64,000 bases of DNA from Camelus ferus (GCF_009834535.1 NC_045707.1:60204001-60268000); one strand, 5' to 3'. Positions 1-13,372 are shown, numbered from the stretch's first letter. Notes: a model not told the origin generated them from the letters alone. Numbers and translations: made by a program.

Positions 1-499
1 GGTGACCTACAGGTTAAAGGGAAAGATAAACAAAGCTTTATCAACACAAAGCTTCAGCTAATCAGAGTTTATAATTTAAATTGTGAAAATTCCTTTGTTT
101 TCTCTGATACAAAGAATTAGGTAACCGACTAAGTCTCATTTTCACTTTAGCTACCCGAAAGTTTGGTGCCAAATACGAGTCTTCATCATAGCAACAATAC
201 TTAACAATGTGGGTCTTTACAAGCTATGTGTTTATTTCTTTTTCACCTTATAGCAAACGGATGTTTACTCTATCCCTAAATTTGTATTTGTTTCCACAGT
301 TAGCCATTTAACTATATGTAAACTTTGCGGGACAAATTTTCATTGCAGACAAATAATGGTGGATGATTTGTAGGTGACAAACATGTACAGATAGATACAA
401 AAATGACGACTGAGAGATCGGTGACAAATTGGTACAGAACAGGAAGAAACCTGGCAGGCTTTGGTGACTCATTGTGGGACTATGGGAGATAAAAGAATG

Positions 500-1230
500 A
501 AAAGAACCAACAATCATTCTGAGTTTCTCTAGGTCTGGTGGCTAGGGAGAAGTTATGTCAATCCACACTAAAAATACATCCGGAGAAGCTGGGAAAGATA
601 GTGAGTTCCATTTGTACATTTTGAGTTTGCAAGGCTTGGAACTACCCAGGAAGTAGTTAAATATATGAGTCTAAAGCTTAGAGAAATGTTCTAAACTGAA
701 GATACAGATTTTTTTTTTTTTAAGCAACAGTATAAAGAATGCAGGTTAACTTGAGAATGAAAGTAATCACCCAGGGAGGCATTCCCCTCTTCCTGGATTT
801 AACTATAATAAGAGTAGAAACCATTCAAGAACAGACTTCTTATAAACACCAGCTTTGAAGGGGAAACTAATATAGGAAATAGGCAAAAGCAAAACGTTCT
901 GGGTAGAACTAGGAAAGCACAGTGTTTGGAAAAGTAAGAGATCAGGGTGTCAAATGAAGCGAGCGCTCCAGGTAAAAAAATACTGAAAAATGCTAAGAAA
1001 TCTGGGCAGTTAAAAGGTTACTCAGGGCCTTATAAGGAGCCAGCTCAGTGACATGGTGGGAACAGAAGCCACTCTTATGAGAAGTTCAGATAAGAAGAAA
1101 GGGAGATGCAAAGGAGAATTTGAAGGGGACATGCAAAGCAGGGGAGGACTTATGTTTTACCTTCTGATTGGAAATTTATGTGGAGACTTGTGACACGGGA
1201 TTAGAAAAGGTGGAGGAAGGTAACCAGAAG
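500..1230 (-). mobile_element. L2 LINE relic
   Basis: Diverged but colinear matches to the L2 antisense strand (gagttccatttgtacattttgagtttg, atcacccagggag, gtgtcaaatg, cagtgacatggtgggaacagaagcc). Confidence 0.7.
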
Positions 1231-3247
1231 TTCAGCTGCACATGCTCCCTCATTGTGCAGAGTAAGCAACTGAGAGGTCCCTGTTTGGCCCCCCAAAGGG
1301 TTCACAGAGGTGCTGAGAGAACCAGTGAGTCAGAAGTGGGCCTAGGGTAGGGATGAGCAGAGAATGCAAGGCCCACAGCAATGGAATCTGCAGTGGGTGC
1401 CACTGATTTACATGAATACAGGACACCTTCCCCAAAGAGCCAGGTGTGATCAGCTGTACCCCAGCCAACACCAATGCCTGCGGGAAGATCAGCTTAGCTA
1501 CATTGCATCTAAAACTAGAAGTGGCCCTGGGAAGGCTCTGACCAGGAGCTCCCGCCTCCATGCCAGAAGGTCTGTTAGCATCACCCTGCACTCTGATTCT
1601 CTTGAGAAAGAGGAAAGGAAAGAATTCCTCTTAAGATGATTCAAATGAACATTTGTTCAAATGATGACTTTTGTGACAACACAAAAGATAATTTAAAGTT
1701 TGAAAAAAACCCATACTTCCAAAGGACAAATGTAAGGTTTTCAGGGGTTTGTTTTCTAGTTTTATTTTTCCCACTGTGAGGGCAGTGGAGGTTGTTAGAG
1801 TGCAAGATGAGATCAATTATCAAAAATTTTTAAAAACATTCTAGTGTTTGCACATGTCAAATATAGTGAATATATTTTCACTCTTCTGTGCTTGCAAACA
1901 AAATGTCCTTGCAAATACAGCCAGGAAATGGTAGAATTTGTGTTGGAGAGGATGATAGTGAAAGAGTTGACCATATTTTTAATTAACATGATGGACTAAC
2001 CAATCGGAAAGTAGGTGACGGGGATAAGGAGGGACATAGGATGTCATTCCAGACGGCAGAATCCTCAGAGTGGCAGAATCTTTATTCATGAAGGTGGAAG
2101 AAATAATGGAATTATAGATGCCATTTTGTAGAGAAGGAAAAAAGCTGGCAACATCCTTCAACTCTGTGGTTCCAGCATTTGAGGAGATGCAGTGGAAATG
2201 ACACATTCGTGGGAAAGCCACACTTTATTGTGGTAAAGAAGTAGCAAGAGCACTCTGAAAAGAAAGAGAGGATGTAGAAGAGTTGGTTTACGATGGAATA
2301 AAGTTTAGATATGGGCAGCAGTTGAGTTTGGGTCCTCTCTCATAATGAGAAGTACAGATTAACACCAGCCAAGAGACAACCAAAGAAATGAATATGTCTG
2401 GGGCATAAGGGATGAGTTAACTTTGATTTTTCAAAGAAATTTCTGGTATAAGTGGCTTCATTACAAATAACAGTTGAAGTCCCAGATATCGTGGGAGGCC
2501 TTGGAAAGCCAGCAGTAGTTGACCCAATTTGAAATGACCAAGGTCAAACCAGGCCAGTCCCTCTCAGGGATGGAGGCCTGGTCTGTGGCTTTTGAGGCTG
2601 ATTCTAGTAAAGGTCCTGGTTAGGCATTGATACAAACTTCTGAGTAGAAATTTGAGGCCAGGGAGCAGTCCCTGCTGTCTTGAGCAGCAAGTCCAAGCTA
2701 CCTTCAACACTCACCATCTGATGGTAACCATCTCCATCACCGACCAAAGTGCAGACGCATTCTGAATCTCCAACCCTTTCACCACCCAAAGTCTCTTTTA
2801 TTATCTTTCTCCAGCAGACCAGTTCTGTTAAATATTATCTGTGATTGAGAATCAAATGTCAACCAGAGGGAAAAGTCAGGTATTTAAGAAGTGGGAAAGG
2901 CTTCAAAGCATTAAGCGGTAAATTCTGGAGACATTTCATAGATCAGTCAGAATTTCTAGACAGAGAGCCAGACCTTGTGGAAAGAGAAGAACAAAACAAG
3001 AAGAGCAAACTGGCAGAAACGTGGAGTGATTTGCATTCTTTTAACCTCGGGATTGAGAGCCGCCGAGAGCACAGAAAGAGTTCTACCAAGTAGAGACAAA
3101 CCGTCGCCCTCAGACTCAGCTGTACTTAGCCCACTCCTGGGAGCTTCTCCCTGATCACGAAGACATTAAATGAAGAAAATGCAAGCTGAGAATTAAACGA
3201 TAACTCCTCTTGAACTTGTTAGCTCGAATCTGGAAGAAGGATTAGGG

Positions 3248-3348
3248 CAATGGTGTTCAGGTTGGCTGTACGCTGGGTTTACCTGGGAGCTTTAACATGC
3301 TGACTTTTATAGGTTCCCCAGGTGAGTAGCCAACATTGAAAACTACTG
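3248..3348. mobile_element. MER5A-like hAT-Charlie MITE, internally deleted
   Basis: Degenerate terminal inverted repeats caatggtgttcagg...gaaaactactg, with internal acctgggagcttta and ttccccaggtga. Confidence 0.6.
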
Positions 3349-5244
3349 GTCGGGGGCATACTGTGAGGGAAGTTTGCACCAGAGACAAAGAATGTTGTCC
3401 TGAAGGGGAAGAACGTGACTTATATAACTCCTTTATGAGTTACCTTAAGCTTGTGCACGTTAGAGATTCTGAGTCACATAGAACCTTTGTTTCTCCTACT
3501 GGTCCTGGTTAAGTGATCAATCATGCAGTTGCCTATTATAAGGATTCAGGTGATGCATGCAATAGCATCCCCTCCAGGAAGGGAATGGAGAACCCTGGAC
3601 TGGAAAACGGTGGATGCTCACTCTCCTGGCACCTAGGCATGGGGAATGCCATCGGGGGAAGGCCTGGCCGCTCTCCCTGCCCATCTCATTTCTCCAGAGG
3701 ACCAGGCTCACTCTAGATGGGAATATAATAGGGAGTCCGTATCATGTAGTGAGTAACCATTGATGTACTCATGTCTTCTGCTTTGAAGACGTAGCATTAG
3801 TTCATGATAAAACAACCAGCATCCCACTGGAAAGGTGATACAGAACTGAGACTAGATAAACATAATGAAGTTCCAGGGGCAGATAGGCAGTCAGAAATGA
3901 TATGGTACAGTTGGAAAGTGAAGCTAAGGGCAAAGGTGGAAAGTTATGTCCCAAACAAATAGGTATAAGATGTTCTTTCAGTTCTTAAAATTTTGAAAAT
4001 AATTCTCTGACACTGCTAGGTCATTTAAGGACCTTACGGACCGTAAGGACTTGGATAACACAGGAAGAAATACCTGGTCTCAGAGTCAGCAATCACCTGC
4101 ATAACATAGCCAAACACGTATTTAATTTAATGCTGGACTCAGGGCCCTCTACCATGTCAGTGTTTGGCCACATTTCTGGTCTTCTTTTATTTTAAGACTT
4201 GGTTTCTTATTTGTTTATTTATAGCTTGTTACTTATTCTTACCCCGGTAACGTGACTTGTCATATTATGTCTGATGTGTCCTTCTTTGTATCGAAGAAAA
4301 TTAGCTGTGAAGACTTCCTCTGACACCACATCTAAATCATACAGGACTAAATTTTCCAATATTCCAGGTGAGACAAACTATTAAGCAAATATTGCACACA
4401 AGAGGATTTAGGAAATTTGCACATGGCTTTAAACTGTTGCAGTAAAAGCTATTTATATGAATTTCTGCCTTGGCAAGATGACAGTTTAATCCCTAGAAGA
4501 GCTAGTATGTATGTGCAAGTGATCAGCCCAGTGCCCGGTGGATAGCTGACACTCGGTTGTGTTACTGAAACCTGAATCTGAGTCTTACTCCCAGAAGAAA
4601 GCAGTCGACATGATTCTAACCATTAGAATTAAAAGTGAGAACATTTGGGGGAAGATGACTATGCACTTTAAAATTAGAAATGCCAAAAGAGGTGGATGGT
4701 AGGTTTTGTCTGATGTGGTTTGGCTGTTTCCAGCACAGCTTAAAAGGCATATGCCAGAATGTATCCAGGCGATTGAATACTACCTACCAGCCTCATGTCA
4801 GACAGCCTACTCTGACCCGACCATTATTACCTTTGTTTATCTCCCGTCCTGCCTCTTTTACCTTTCCATTTTTGTGAGACTCTCAGCTCCGGACAGTCCT
4901 GTCTCATTCCTAAGTTGCATCTTACGTTTTCCAGCTGAGGTGGACTGACACCTTTGTAGTTCTGGTATTTGATAATGTACTTTCCTTGGCTCAGTCTTAG
5001 GAAGCCCTATTTTCTAAGAACTGGCCTCACCACCAACACTAATGTGAATCAACTTCACAGTACTAGACCAAACACGAACCAGACGCTTTCTTTAGATTTT
5101 AGACAGCCAAGTTTTTAAAGTTCTGAGAAGAGAAAACTGTCCCACGTCAGCTGGGACACCAAAATAAATGGCAATAGGGATCAACAGATCAATAGAGATG
5201 GTAGACTCTTTAAAATAAAACTATATTGACACATTGAAGTATTA

Positions 5245-5580
5245 TTTTCTCTTTCTCTTCCGGACCTTTAAATGTTAGAATGCCCTGGGTTTGATCCTTA
5301 AGCATTTCCCTTCTTGAACTGCACTTACACTTCAAGTGATTTTATTGAACACTGCGGCTTTAAACACCAATTCACTGTTGACTTTCAAGTGATTACTTAT
5401 AGGCCAACTTCCTCCTCTGGGCTCTGGTCTTACATATGCTGCACCTTGACATCTTTACTAGGAGATCTGTAAACATTTCAAACATGGCATGTCTTCATTT
5501 GAACTCAGTTTCCCCTCCACAGCCTACACTTTCTTTTAGTCTTATGCATCTCAGTGAATGGTACCATTATCCACCAAGTT
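5245..5580 (+). mobile_element. L2 LINE relic
   Basis: Typical L2 sense motifs: cctttaaatgttagaatgcc, ggctttaaacacca, catttcaaacatggcatgtc...tgaactc, catctcagtgaatggtaccattatccacc. Confidence 0.7.
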
Positions 5581-8500
5581 GGGAGAAAGAATGGGAAAAG
5601 GTAGAGAGGGAGGGAGAATGGAAGGAAGAGAGGGAAGGAGGGTGGAAAGGAGGAAATAACGGAATGAGGTTGAGGAAATAACCAGTTAATAGGAGTGTAA
5701 TAAGGTATTGGGAAATACAAAAGCAGAAACAAAAAGTTGTGAATAGAATTTTGGTGGACCAAAAACACTTTTAAAAATTGCTTTGGGAATTAGGGAATTG
5801 TTTATGCTTTATTCCCTGGTTCAGATTTTACATTAAATTTTAAGAATGAGAGATAGGCATCAGAGAGAGTCAAAACTTTTAAAAATTAAATGATAGGTTT
5901 GGCAAATTCCATTGAAAATGTCTTTCGACTTAACATGCAGCCAAGCTCATCAATATTCTGCTGAAGTAAAAAAAAAAATTCTACTGAAAACAATACTAGC
6001 TATTTTTGAAACATGATTGTTGAGCTATAGAGACTGAGTAAAGTCCAGAATAATGTTTAGTGTTACGTAAAGTAGGTTTAGGGTGCAGCCAGTTGTGAAA
6101 TGTTGCCTACATGCCTGTGGGGTGGGGTTTGCTTATTTCAAGGCAGGTTTTAAAACCAAATCTGATGGCTAAAATGTGCTAAGAAAGAAGAAAGACAGGA
6201 AGAATCTCCAACACTGTTTCCTTATTTCTCTTCACATGAATTTAATCATCACAGAGTGCAGATCACTGCCATGAATTTAACCCCATAACTATTGGCTGTG
6301 ATTAGCATTTCTGCCCTTGGTTGACCAAGACAACAGTGGAACGACTTAATTCCCATAATGGCCCTCACACACCATCAGTCACATCCACAAGTACTTACTG
6401 GGTACCTCCGAAACCAGACGTTGTGCCATGTTCTACAAAATACTTCTCTAACTTTATCCAGAAGTTGGCCCTCTGTTTTTAGTAGTATTATCATCACTAT
6501 TAATTTTAACTAAAAATCTGTTACAGAGCATGAGTTTTATCAGAATACATATTTTAAAGGAGACAATAAACCATCTGAGAGCATAATTAAGGCTTGAATG
6601 TGGTACTTCGCTCACCTCCTTTAACTCTGGAGATATTTTTCTCCCTTCTTTTTTCACTCTGTCATGCAGTTGGAGTGCACGCTGACTCCAGCCATTTCAC
6701 CAGATACCACAAACTAATGGCTGTGGGACGGCTGCCAGTTGCCCCGTAGACATGTGCTTCCCATCGGCTTATCTTTACTCATTATTCTGTTCTTAATATC
6801 ATTGTGCAAAGAATCTGAAGATTACGAAATAACAAGGTTTTCCAATATGTGGCTGTGTTTAAACATGTGATAAATTAACAAGGGGATAGTGCAATGAAAG
6901 CATTTGCATTTAATTTCCATTCAAGGCACAGAGCGAATACAGCACTAGAGAAAGAAAGCGATTCGGTTTATTCTCAAGAGTTTGGGTGAGCACAAAACTA
7001 AATAAACTGAACCACAACAGGGCAGGATTTATTAAATCCTCACAACCAGTGACACCCTGAACTGTGACCCAAACTGCTCTTTCCCCTGCTTTCAAATGGC
7101 CAGAGCATAGATGCTAGATTTCCATAAATCTAGCAAAATATCACAATGAAAAAGCATTCTGTAAGCCAGTGTCCCACAGATACATACAATTTTAAGAAAA
7201 ATTTCCATTAAAAAAAGAAGTGAGAGTTACACAGGAAAAGAAAGAGGAGAAATTTTGGTCTTATACCAGTTTTTTCACACAATCATCTTATAAACTCATT
7301 TATTTTGCAGGATTTTTTTCTGTCATTTATGAAAATATGACAATAGAACCAAACCATTGTCCTATTTACCTCATGGTGAAAACTGCTTTTCTGAGGTGAC
7401 AAAATATTTAACTTTCTAAAGAACTTTTGAAAAGGCGAATATAAGAGAAATAGAATTATTTTTCAGTTATTAACAATTCAATTGGAAAATCAGCATTTCT
7501 GTAGATACTCACTCCAGGATAGTTTTTACAGGATTTGTTGGATGGATATCCCTGTTTTGATAGAACTAGGCACAGGTCCAAGAACAGAGATTTAAATCTT
7601 AAATATGAAACAGTCCTTTGTTTTGCTTTTCTCATTCTTTGCAAAGCTCATTTTGTGGCTTTAAAAATATTTATTCAAGGGATACTATCCTCAGGAACCA
7701 TAACCAAGAAGTTGCCAACTTGATATTATTTCAGAGGGTGCCAAAAATGCCCTTGCAAAAAAGTCTCCCCCAGGTCCATCATGATGCCTGAAATTTCAAC
7801 AGCTGTGATTCACTCAGTTGTACCGATTGTTGCCATCTCCCTAGAGTAACCTTTAGAGGTGGGGAAGGAAGGAAGGAGGTGTGACGGCTCAGACAACCAC
7901 AAGATCACTGCCCGGCACCATCATTCAGCCTACCTTTCTCCATATCACTCACAAAGATATTCTGATGTTTTCAAATGGTCAGCTGAAACCCAGCCATATC
8001 ACTGCTATAGAATGTGTTTCCCAACTTATTGAGAAGAGATTTCTTGAGAAGGCCTTCAAGGAAGTTGAAGGGATGTTGGCATCTAGGGTTCTGAGCAGAG
8101 CAGAGGTGAGGAAAGGACGAAAGGCCACCAACGGCACTCCCCTATACACTGGATAAACTGGGGACCCACAGAGAGGGAAGTCAGACTGGCCTTTAGGGAC
8201 CACTCCATTTGCTTCTAAATGCTCATGGATTATATTTTGGAAAATCCTCTTTAGAATTTAACCAGCTATTTCCCTCTTCAAAAAAAATGAGGACATTTAC
8301 CCATCATAAGACAGTCTCTTTTTCCATTTCTCTCACTCTCTCATTTTCAGTGGTTGCTTGGGATTTCAAAGAGTTCTAAAATGAACCTAAAAACTTTCTT
8401 CAGCATCCTTGGATATAAAGTGTTAAGGCCTTAATATTTGAATTCACCTAAGGAGGTTGTGTTGTGTTCTGTTTAGTTCTTAATCTATAATAAACTATAA

Positions 8501-9006
8501 TTTATTCTTTGTGTTGCTTTATAAATGCTTTTCTGTCTTAAGACCAGTGTTTATATTAGAGAAGATAGAAGCAAAATAGGAGTTAATTAGCTCTGCCTTC
8601 TTTTGTCAACTGTTAGCATTGATTAAAATAACCAGCTTCCTCCAAATTAAGGGGGAGAGCTAAAGTCTTTGGTTTATCTTAATAAATCTTACAGGATGAA
8701 CTGATAAATTCATCTAAGTGCACATATAAATTTGATTTTTAAATGCTAATCTATATGGAAATTAAAAAAATTAATAGCCCTAATTTTATATCATTCTGAA
8801 GGCATAGATCCTATTATTTGAAGAGAAATACTTTATTTGAAACTCATAGTATTTTTTCAGGTTTGGACTAATTTTGTCCTTGCAATGATCACTAGGTTCT
8901 GGGCATATAAAAATAATGGGAGGATTTCTAAAACCATCTTGAGTACTATAAATTCCCACGTGTCATTATCAAAAGGCCTCATGAAACTATTTTATGTAGA
9001 AGATCA

Positions 9007-9607
9007 CTGCTGTAACAAATTCCTAAACATGTGGACGCCATTTTGGAACTAGGTAATGAACAGTGACTGGGAGAGTTTTGAGGTACACGCTAGAAATAGA
9101 TGTTAAAGGTGATTCTGATGGTATCTCAGTTGGAATTGAGGAACAAATTATTGGAAATGAGGAAGCCAAAGGGGCAGGGCTGTCCTGCAAGAGCCATGGG
9201 GGATGACACTGCCAACCCAGTGGGCCTGGAAGGTGGGACCTTGAGCCAAAGAGGGTTATTCTCAAGCCTTAAGATTTAATGGAATTTGTCTTGCTAGGAT
9301 TTGGACTTGCTTGGGACTTGTCACCCCTTAATGCCTATCCTATGCCTGTCTTACCACTGTATTTTGGAAGTATATAACTTGTCTAGTTTCACAGATTCAC
9401 AACTAGAGAAGAATTTTGCCTCAGGATGAATCATACCTCAAGACTCACTCATATCTGATTTAGATGATATTTAGATGAGACTTTGGACTTTTTACACTTT
9501 ACAGTTGATGCTGAAATAAATTAGGACTTTGAGAGCTGTTGATATGGAATGAATGTATTTTGCATGTAAGAAGGACATGGATTTGGAGGTGGGGAGCAAG
9601 GGTAGAA
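9007..9607 (+). mobile_element. MaLR (MLT1A/B-like) internal region; 5' LTR missing, large internal deletion near 9160
   Basis: The 5' internal motif ctgctgtaacaaattcctaaacatgtgg...ttggaactaggtaatg is fused to 3' internal motifs (gatgagactttggactt, gtattttgcatgtaagaaggacatg). A purine-rich tract precedes the LTR. Confidence 0.8.
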
Positions 9608-10287
9608 TGCAACAGACAATTGTGTCCCTCCCTAAATTCATTATTGATAGATATGAGTTTATTGCCATTTTCAACCTTGTTTCCTAGTTTATTTTGTATT
9701 TCTTCTTTGTTCCTTTCTTTTCCTTTTTGTTTCTCCCTTAGTGGTTAAATGATTTTCTTTTGTATTGTGCTTGAGTTCTTTTCTTTTTGTTTTTTGTGGT
9801 CTATTGTACACTTTTGGTTTGTGGTTACCCTGTTTTTCAAGTATGCTACCCATTACTATATCTACTTGCTTTTGACTGGTAATCATATAGGCTTCCCTCC
9901 CCAAATTCATATGCTGAAGCCCTAACCCCCAATGTGACAATATTTGGAGATGGGTCTTCTGAAGGTAACTAGGTTTAGATGAGGTCCTGAGGGTGGGGCC
10001 CGCATGATAGGATTACTGCCCTTATAAGAAGAGACACCAGAGTGCTTGTTTTCTCTTTTTCTCTCCCTCCCTCTCTCCACCTGCACTCACCAAGAAAAGG
10101 CCACATGAGGACACACTAAGAAGGCAGGTGTCTGCAACCCAAGGAGATCGTTCTCATTAACCAGACACTGACCCTGCTGGCACCTTCATCTGAGACCTCC
10201 AGTCTCCAGGACCATGAGAAATACATTCCTGTTGTTTAAGCTCCCTGGTCTACAGCATTTTGTTATGACAGCCTGAGCAGACATACA
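9608..10287 (+). mobile_element. MLT1A/B-like MaLR 3' LTR, interrupted by an L1 fragment
   Basis: TG start, then tgtgtccctccctaaattcat and atgctgaagccctaacccccaatgtg, gatgaggtcctgagggtggggccc, cccttataagaagagac; ends gcctgagcagacataca. Confidence 0.85.
9642..9893 (-). mobile_element. Internal L1 fragment (inter-ORF spacer plus first codons of ORF2), artiodactyl-type, with 17-bp TSD
   Basis: Minus strand reads aaacagggtaaccacaaacc...aaaatggcaataaactcatatctatcaata, i.e. MAINSYLSI, the ORF2 start. Flanks are tccctccctaaattcat (9625-9641) and tccctccccaaattcat (9894-9910). Confidence 0.85.
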
Positions 10288-11119
10288 AGCACCAAAGTGT
10301 TACCTCTTGAAGTTTCTACTCTTTTCATCAAGAAAAAGAGGGATAAAAACTTCAAATGATAAAGTTAAATAGTGAAGTCAATGGGTGATAAAAAGAGATT
10401 TATTTATCCTTGGAATAAGAAAACCAAACAGCATGTTTTCCTTACAACACAATAATTACCAGTTATGAAATGATTTTTTTTTTTGTTATCAACCAAAAAG
10501 AAAAAAAACAACTACAGTACTGGTGGTGATCACTCTTTCCCTTCACCAAAGGAAACTTTTCACTTATCCCTGCCTCTCCAGCATGTTCACTGTCCTCTGC
10601 AGCATGAAAATCTGATAAGGCTCAGAAGGGACAGGAAAACTTAACTTCAGTATTTTCCTGCTGAGCTTGAGAGTGCTTTGCAGACCCCAGCAAGATGAAA
10701 ATCTTGGCTGCAGCGTCAGAAAGAGAACATCTCACTCTATCCCTTCCTAAATTTCAATCTCTGTCAGCAGAATAACTCTACGGAAGGCACTGATTAAGAA
10801 ATTCGAGGTGGGCTTTCCTTCATGCTTAAAAGGATTATCTCTGAAGGAGAAGTTTCTTTGTTCCCTACATCAGCTTTTTATAAATAATACAACTTCATTA
10901 GAATCAGTTTTTCTTTAATCCCTTAAGTTGGAGAGCTTGAGGAATTTGATTTATTGACTTCTTGACAAAAAAAAAGGGGGGGGTTATAGTGGAGTATTGT
11001 TCATTATTATAATGGTATAAACATATTGGTATGTAGCTGGTTTTTCAGAGGAAGGATGATCTTGCACACTTACTCCTTATACGGGGAGGCAATAACACAC
11101 TCAGACATCTCACAGATGA

Positions 11120-11317
11120 CTGTTCATTTCCCAGCTGTGCTGGAGTATTAACTGTTTACCTGTCAGTGAATTCACGTCTCTGAGGCCCAGTTTTCTCATC
11201 TGCGAAGTGAGTTACACTGTAAGTCTCATAGAACGTTGTGAGGAATTAAATAACATATGAAGAGGTCCTGCCATACAACAGGCATTGGATCAACAGCAGC
11301 GGTAGTTATTATAATAA
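11120..11317 (+). mobile_element. MIR SINE
   Basis: Core tctctgaggcccagttttctcatctgcgaagtg, gttgtgaggaattaaat, tail gttattataat. Confidence 0.75.
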
Positions 11318-11800
11318 GAACAAAAATAAATCCTTTATTGTTATTCTGCCACAGACTTTCACCACTGGATGGCAGGTACTCAGTCTCCTCCTCCATGTCT
11401 GTGGACCCTTCGCAGTCCCCTGGGAGAATCCCTCAGGACTACCAAGATGCTCAAGATGGAAGGTGAACAACAGCCACCAGCAGAACACCCTCTGCAGCCA
11501 AAAGAGTCACCCCAGGTGGAACAGGCTTGGCACTCTGAGAAATGGAAGCAAAGAAAAGGAAACGCCTGGCCTTACTGAATAGGGATATTGCAATGTTTTC
11601 AGAGATGCTTATCAGTGGGTGATAAGAAGCCTCTGGAGGTGTCTGAAATCATTCTGGCAGAGGAAGGGCTGTAAGAAAACTGTCAGAATGAGGTCGCCAT
11701 CCTTGGGAAACTCAGAAAGAATTACAATGAAGGGGGAGCCTTGGGTGAAGACAGAAAGGTACCAGTAAGAGGCCATAACCAGGGAGGGGAGCAGCAGTGT

Positions 11801-11840
11801 CCCACAAGGAGGGACCCACAAGGAGGGACCCACAAGGGGG
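11801..11840. repeat. 14-bp tandem repeat, about 2.8 copies
   Basis: cccacaaggaggga twice, then cccacaaggggg. Confidence 0.9.
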
Positions 11841-12329
11841 CAAACCTGCAGTAGTGAGCCCGCATGAGCCATCAGGGCTGCACACCGAGAGAAGGGAAGG
11901 GCACGTAGGGAAAGGTCTCAGAAGGGCCAGGCCCCTGCTGGGTATAGGACTAAGTTGTGTCTACGGTCACCACTGTTACTATTCACACATTTTGACGCTC
12001 CATCTCTGAAATGGCTTGGGTCAGCATCACTTATAGCTGTGAAGCAAATATCTATTTAACCTCTTCCCAGTTACTGCTATTAATTAGTTCATTTATTATT
12101 CTTCCTCCTTATCCTTCACCAATGAATCAGAAGCAGCTTACAATAAAAAGTGTCTAAACTATAGGGCCCCACTAAAATAAGAAAGAGCATGACCTAATAT
12201 AGGAAGGAGGAAGGAAAAATATCTGGAGGGCATTTAGGAAATATTTAGATGACAATTAGCTGCTCTGAGCTTCTGTAGTCAAAACTAAAAAGAATGATAA
12301 TGGCCTTCATAGCTTTCAGATAATCTTGG

Positions 12330-12709
12330 AGATGCCAACAGAGGGTACCGCTAGTGCTCACTTTTCCTGATCTCCTCTCCTTCCTGAGCATGTGGAAAAT
12401 TGTCTCTCTTAACCCTTTCACAGTGGGCAGGGGCATGAGACTGGTTTTGACCAATGACTTGTAAGCAGAAATGACACATCACTTCTGGACTGAGGCAGTA
12501 CAAGGCCTTGTACCTCCTCCATGCGGCACACATATCCGTTCAGAGCGGCCACCACATCTAGGTGGCTCGGATCACAGAGGAGAAACAGCTGCTCTGGAGA
12601 GTTCCTTGACTTTGTATGAGTGAGAAATAAACTTTCCACGTTAAGCCACTGAAATTTTAGAGTTGTCTTCTACCACGGCGTGAGCCTAGCTTGTTCTAAG
12701 TAAAATACC
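12330..12709 (+). mobile_element. MLT1 (I/J-like) MaLR solo LTR
   Basis: catgagactggttttgaccaatga...agcagaaatgac and tgagtgagaaataaactt...ttaagccactgaaattt. Confidence 0.75.
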
Positions 12710-13039
12710 AACATAGAAGGAGCCTGACATAGAAGCCACTATATCACTTATTCCTTTAACCAGTTAAAATAAGATGTATGTGCTTTCTTAGAGCAATGTA
12801 GACTTTTTTCTGGAGCTAAGTTTTGAGAGGCATTTGTCTGATGTATCTTTAAGGGAAGAACAACAATCTAATGAAAAATGTCTTCAAAAATGAATGAGAC
12901 AAAGAGTACAGATATTTTCTTTCATCTCAACATTTAATTAAAAAAAACATCTTGGCACATTTTTACACTGTAATTCCTCTGGAGGCTCTAAGCTACTATG
13001 GTCCAGGTAGTTTCTGGTGATCCAGGAGGACTCAAAGAT

Positions 13040-13372
13040 GGAGCTGAGACAGAGATCACAAGTCTAGACTGAAGAAGTATTTTGCCTGGCCCACTATGTC
13101 TGAACATTTTTTGAACTAGTTGCCAACACTGAAACACCAAGAATGTCCACATAAAAAACCTTGATTTCTGGTTTCTCTTTTCTTAAAAAAATTAATTTTG
13201 GCAACACTGGGTCTACATTCCCAAGTGGTGAAGAGTCAGCTGGAGCTGAGTGGCTGCTGCCCCTTTAGCTATAGCTTGTTCTCCAAGTCTCCAAAGTCCT
13301 TCCCCCGCCAACACACACCACTCATTCTCATGACCTGAATGGCCCTCCTGGGTATTTGAGCTTATGACTCTA
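13040..13372. mobile_element. MER102-like hAT-Charlie element
   Basis: ttgaactagttgccaaca, gatttctggtttctctt, tggcaacactggg, ctggagctgagtggctgctgcccctttag. Confidence 0.7.

Noticed and set aside
2845..3093. 82-aa charged ORF (MRIKCQPEGK...)
   Set aside because: Non-ATG start, no recognisable domain and no convincing splice sites; consistent with purine-rich chance sequence.
5581..5660. Polypurine tract (and the GA-rich run at about 44998-45035) as an H-DNA or regulatory element
   Set aside because: Ordinary low-complexity sequence with no independent sign of function.
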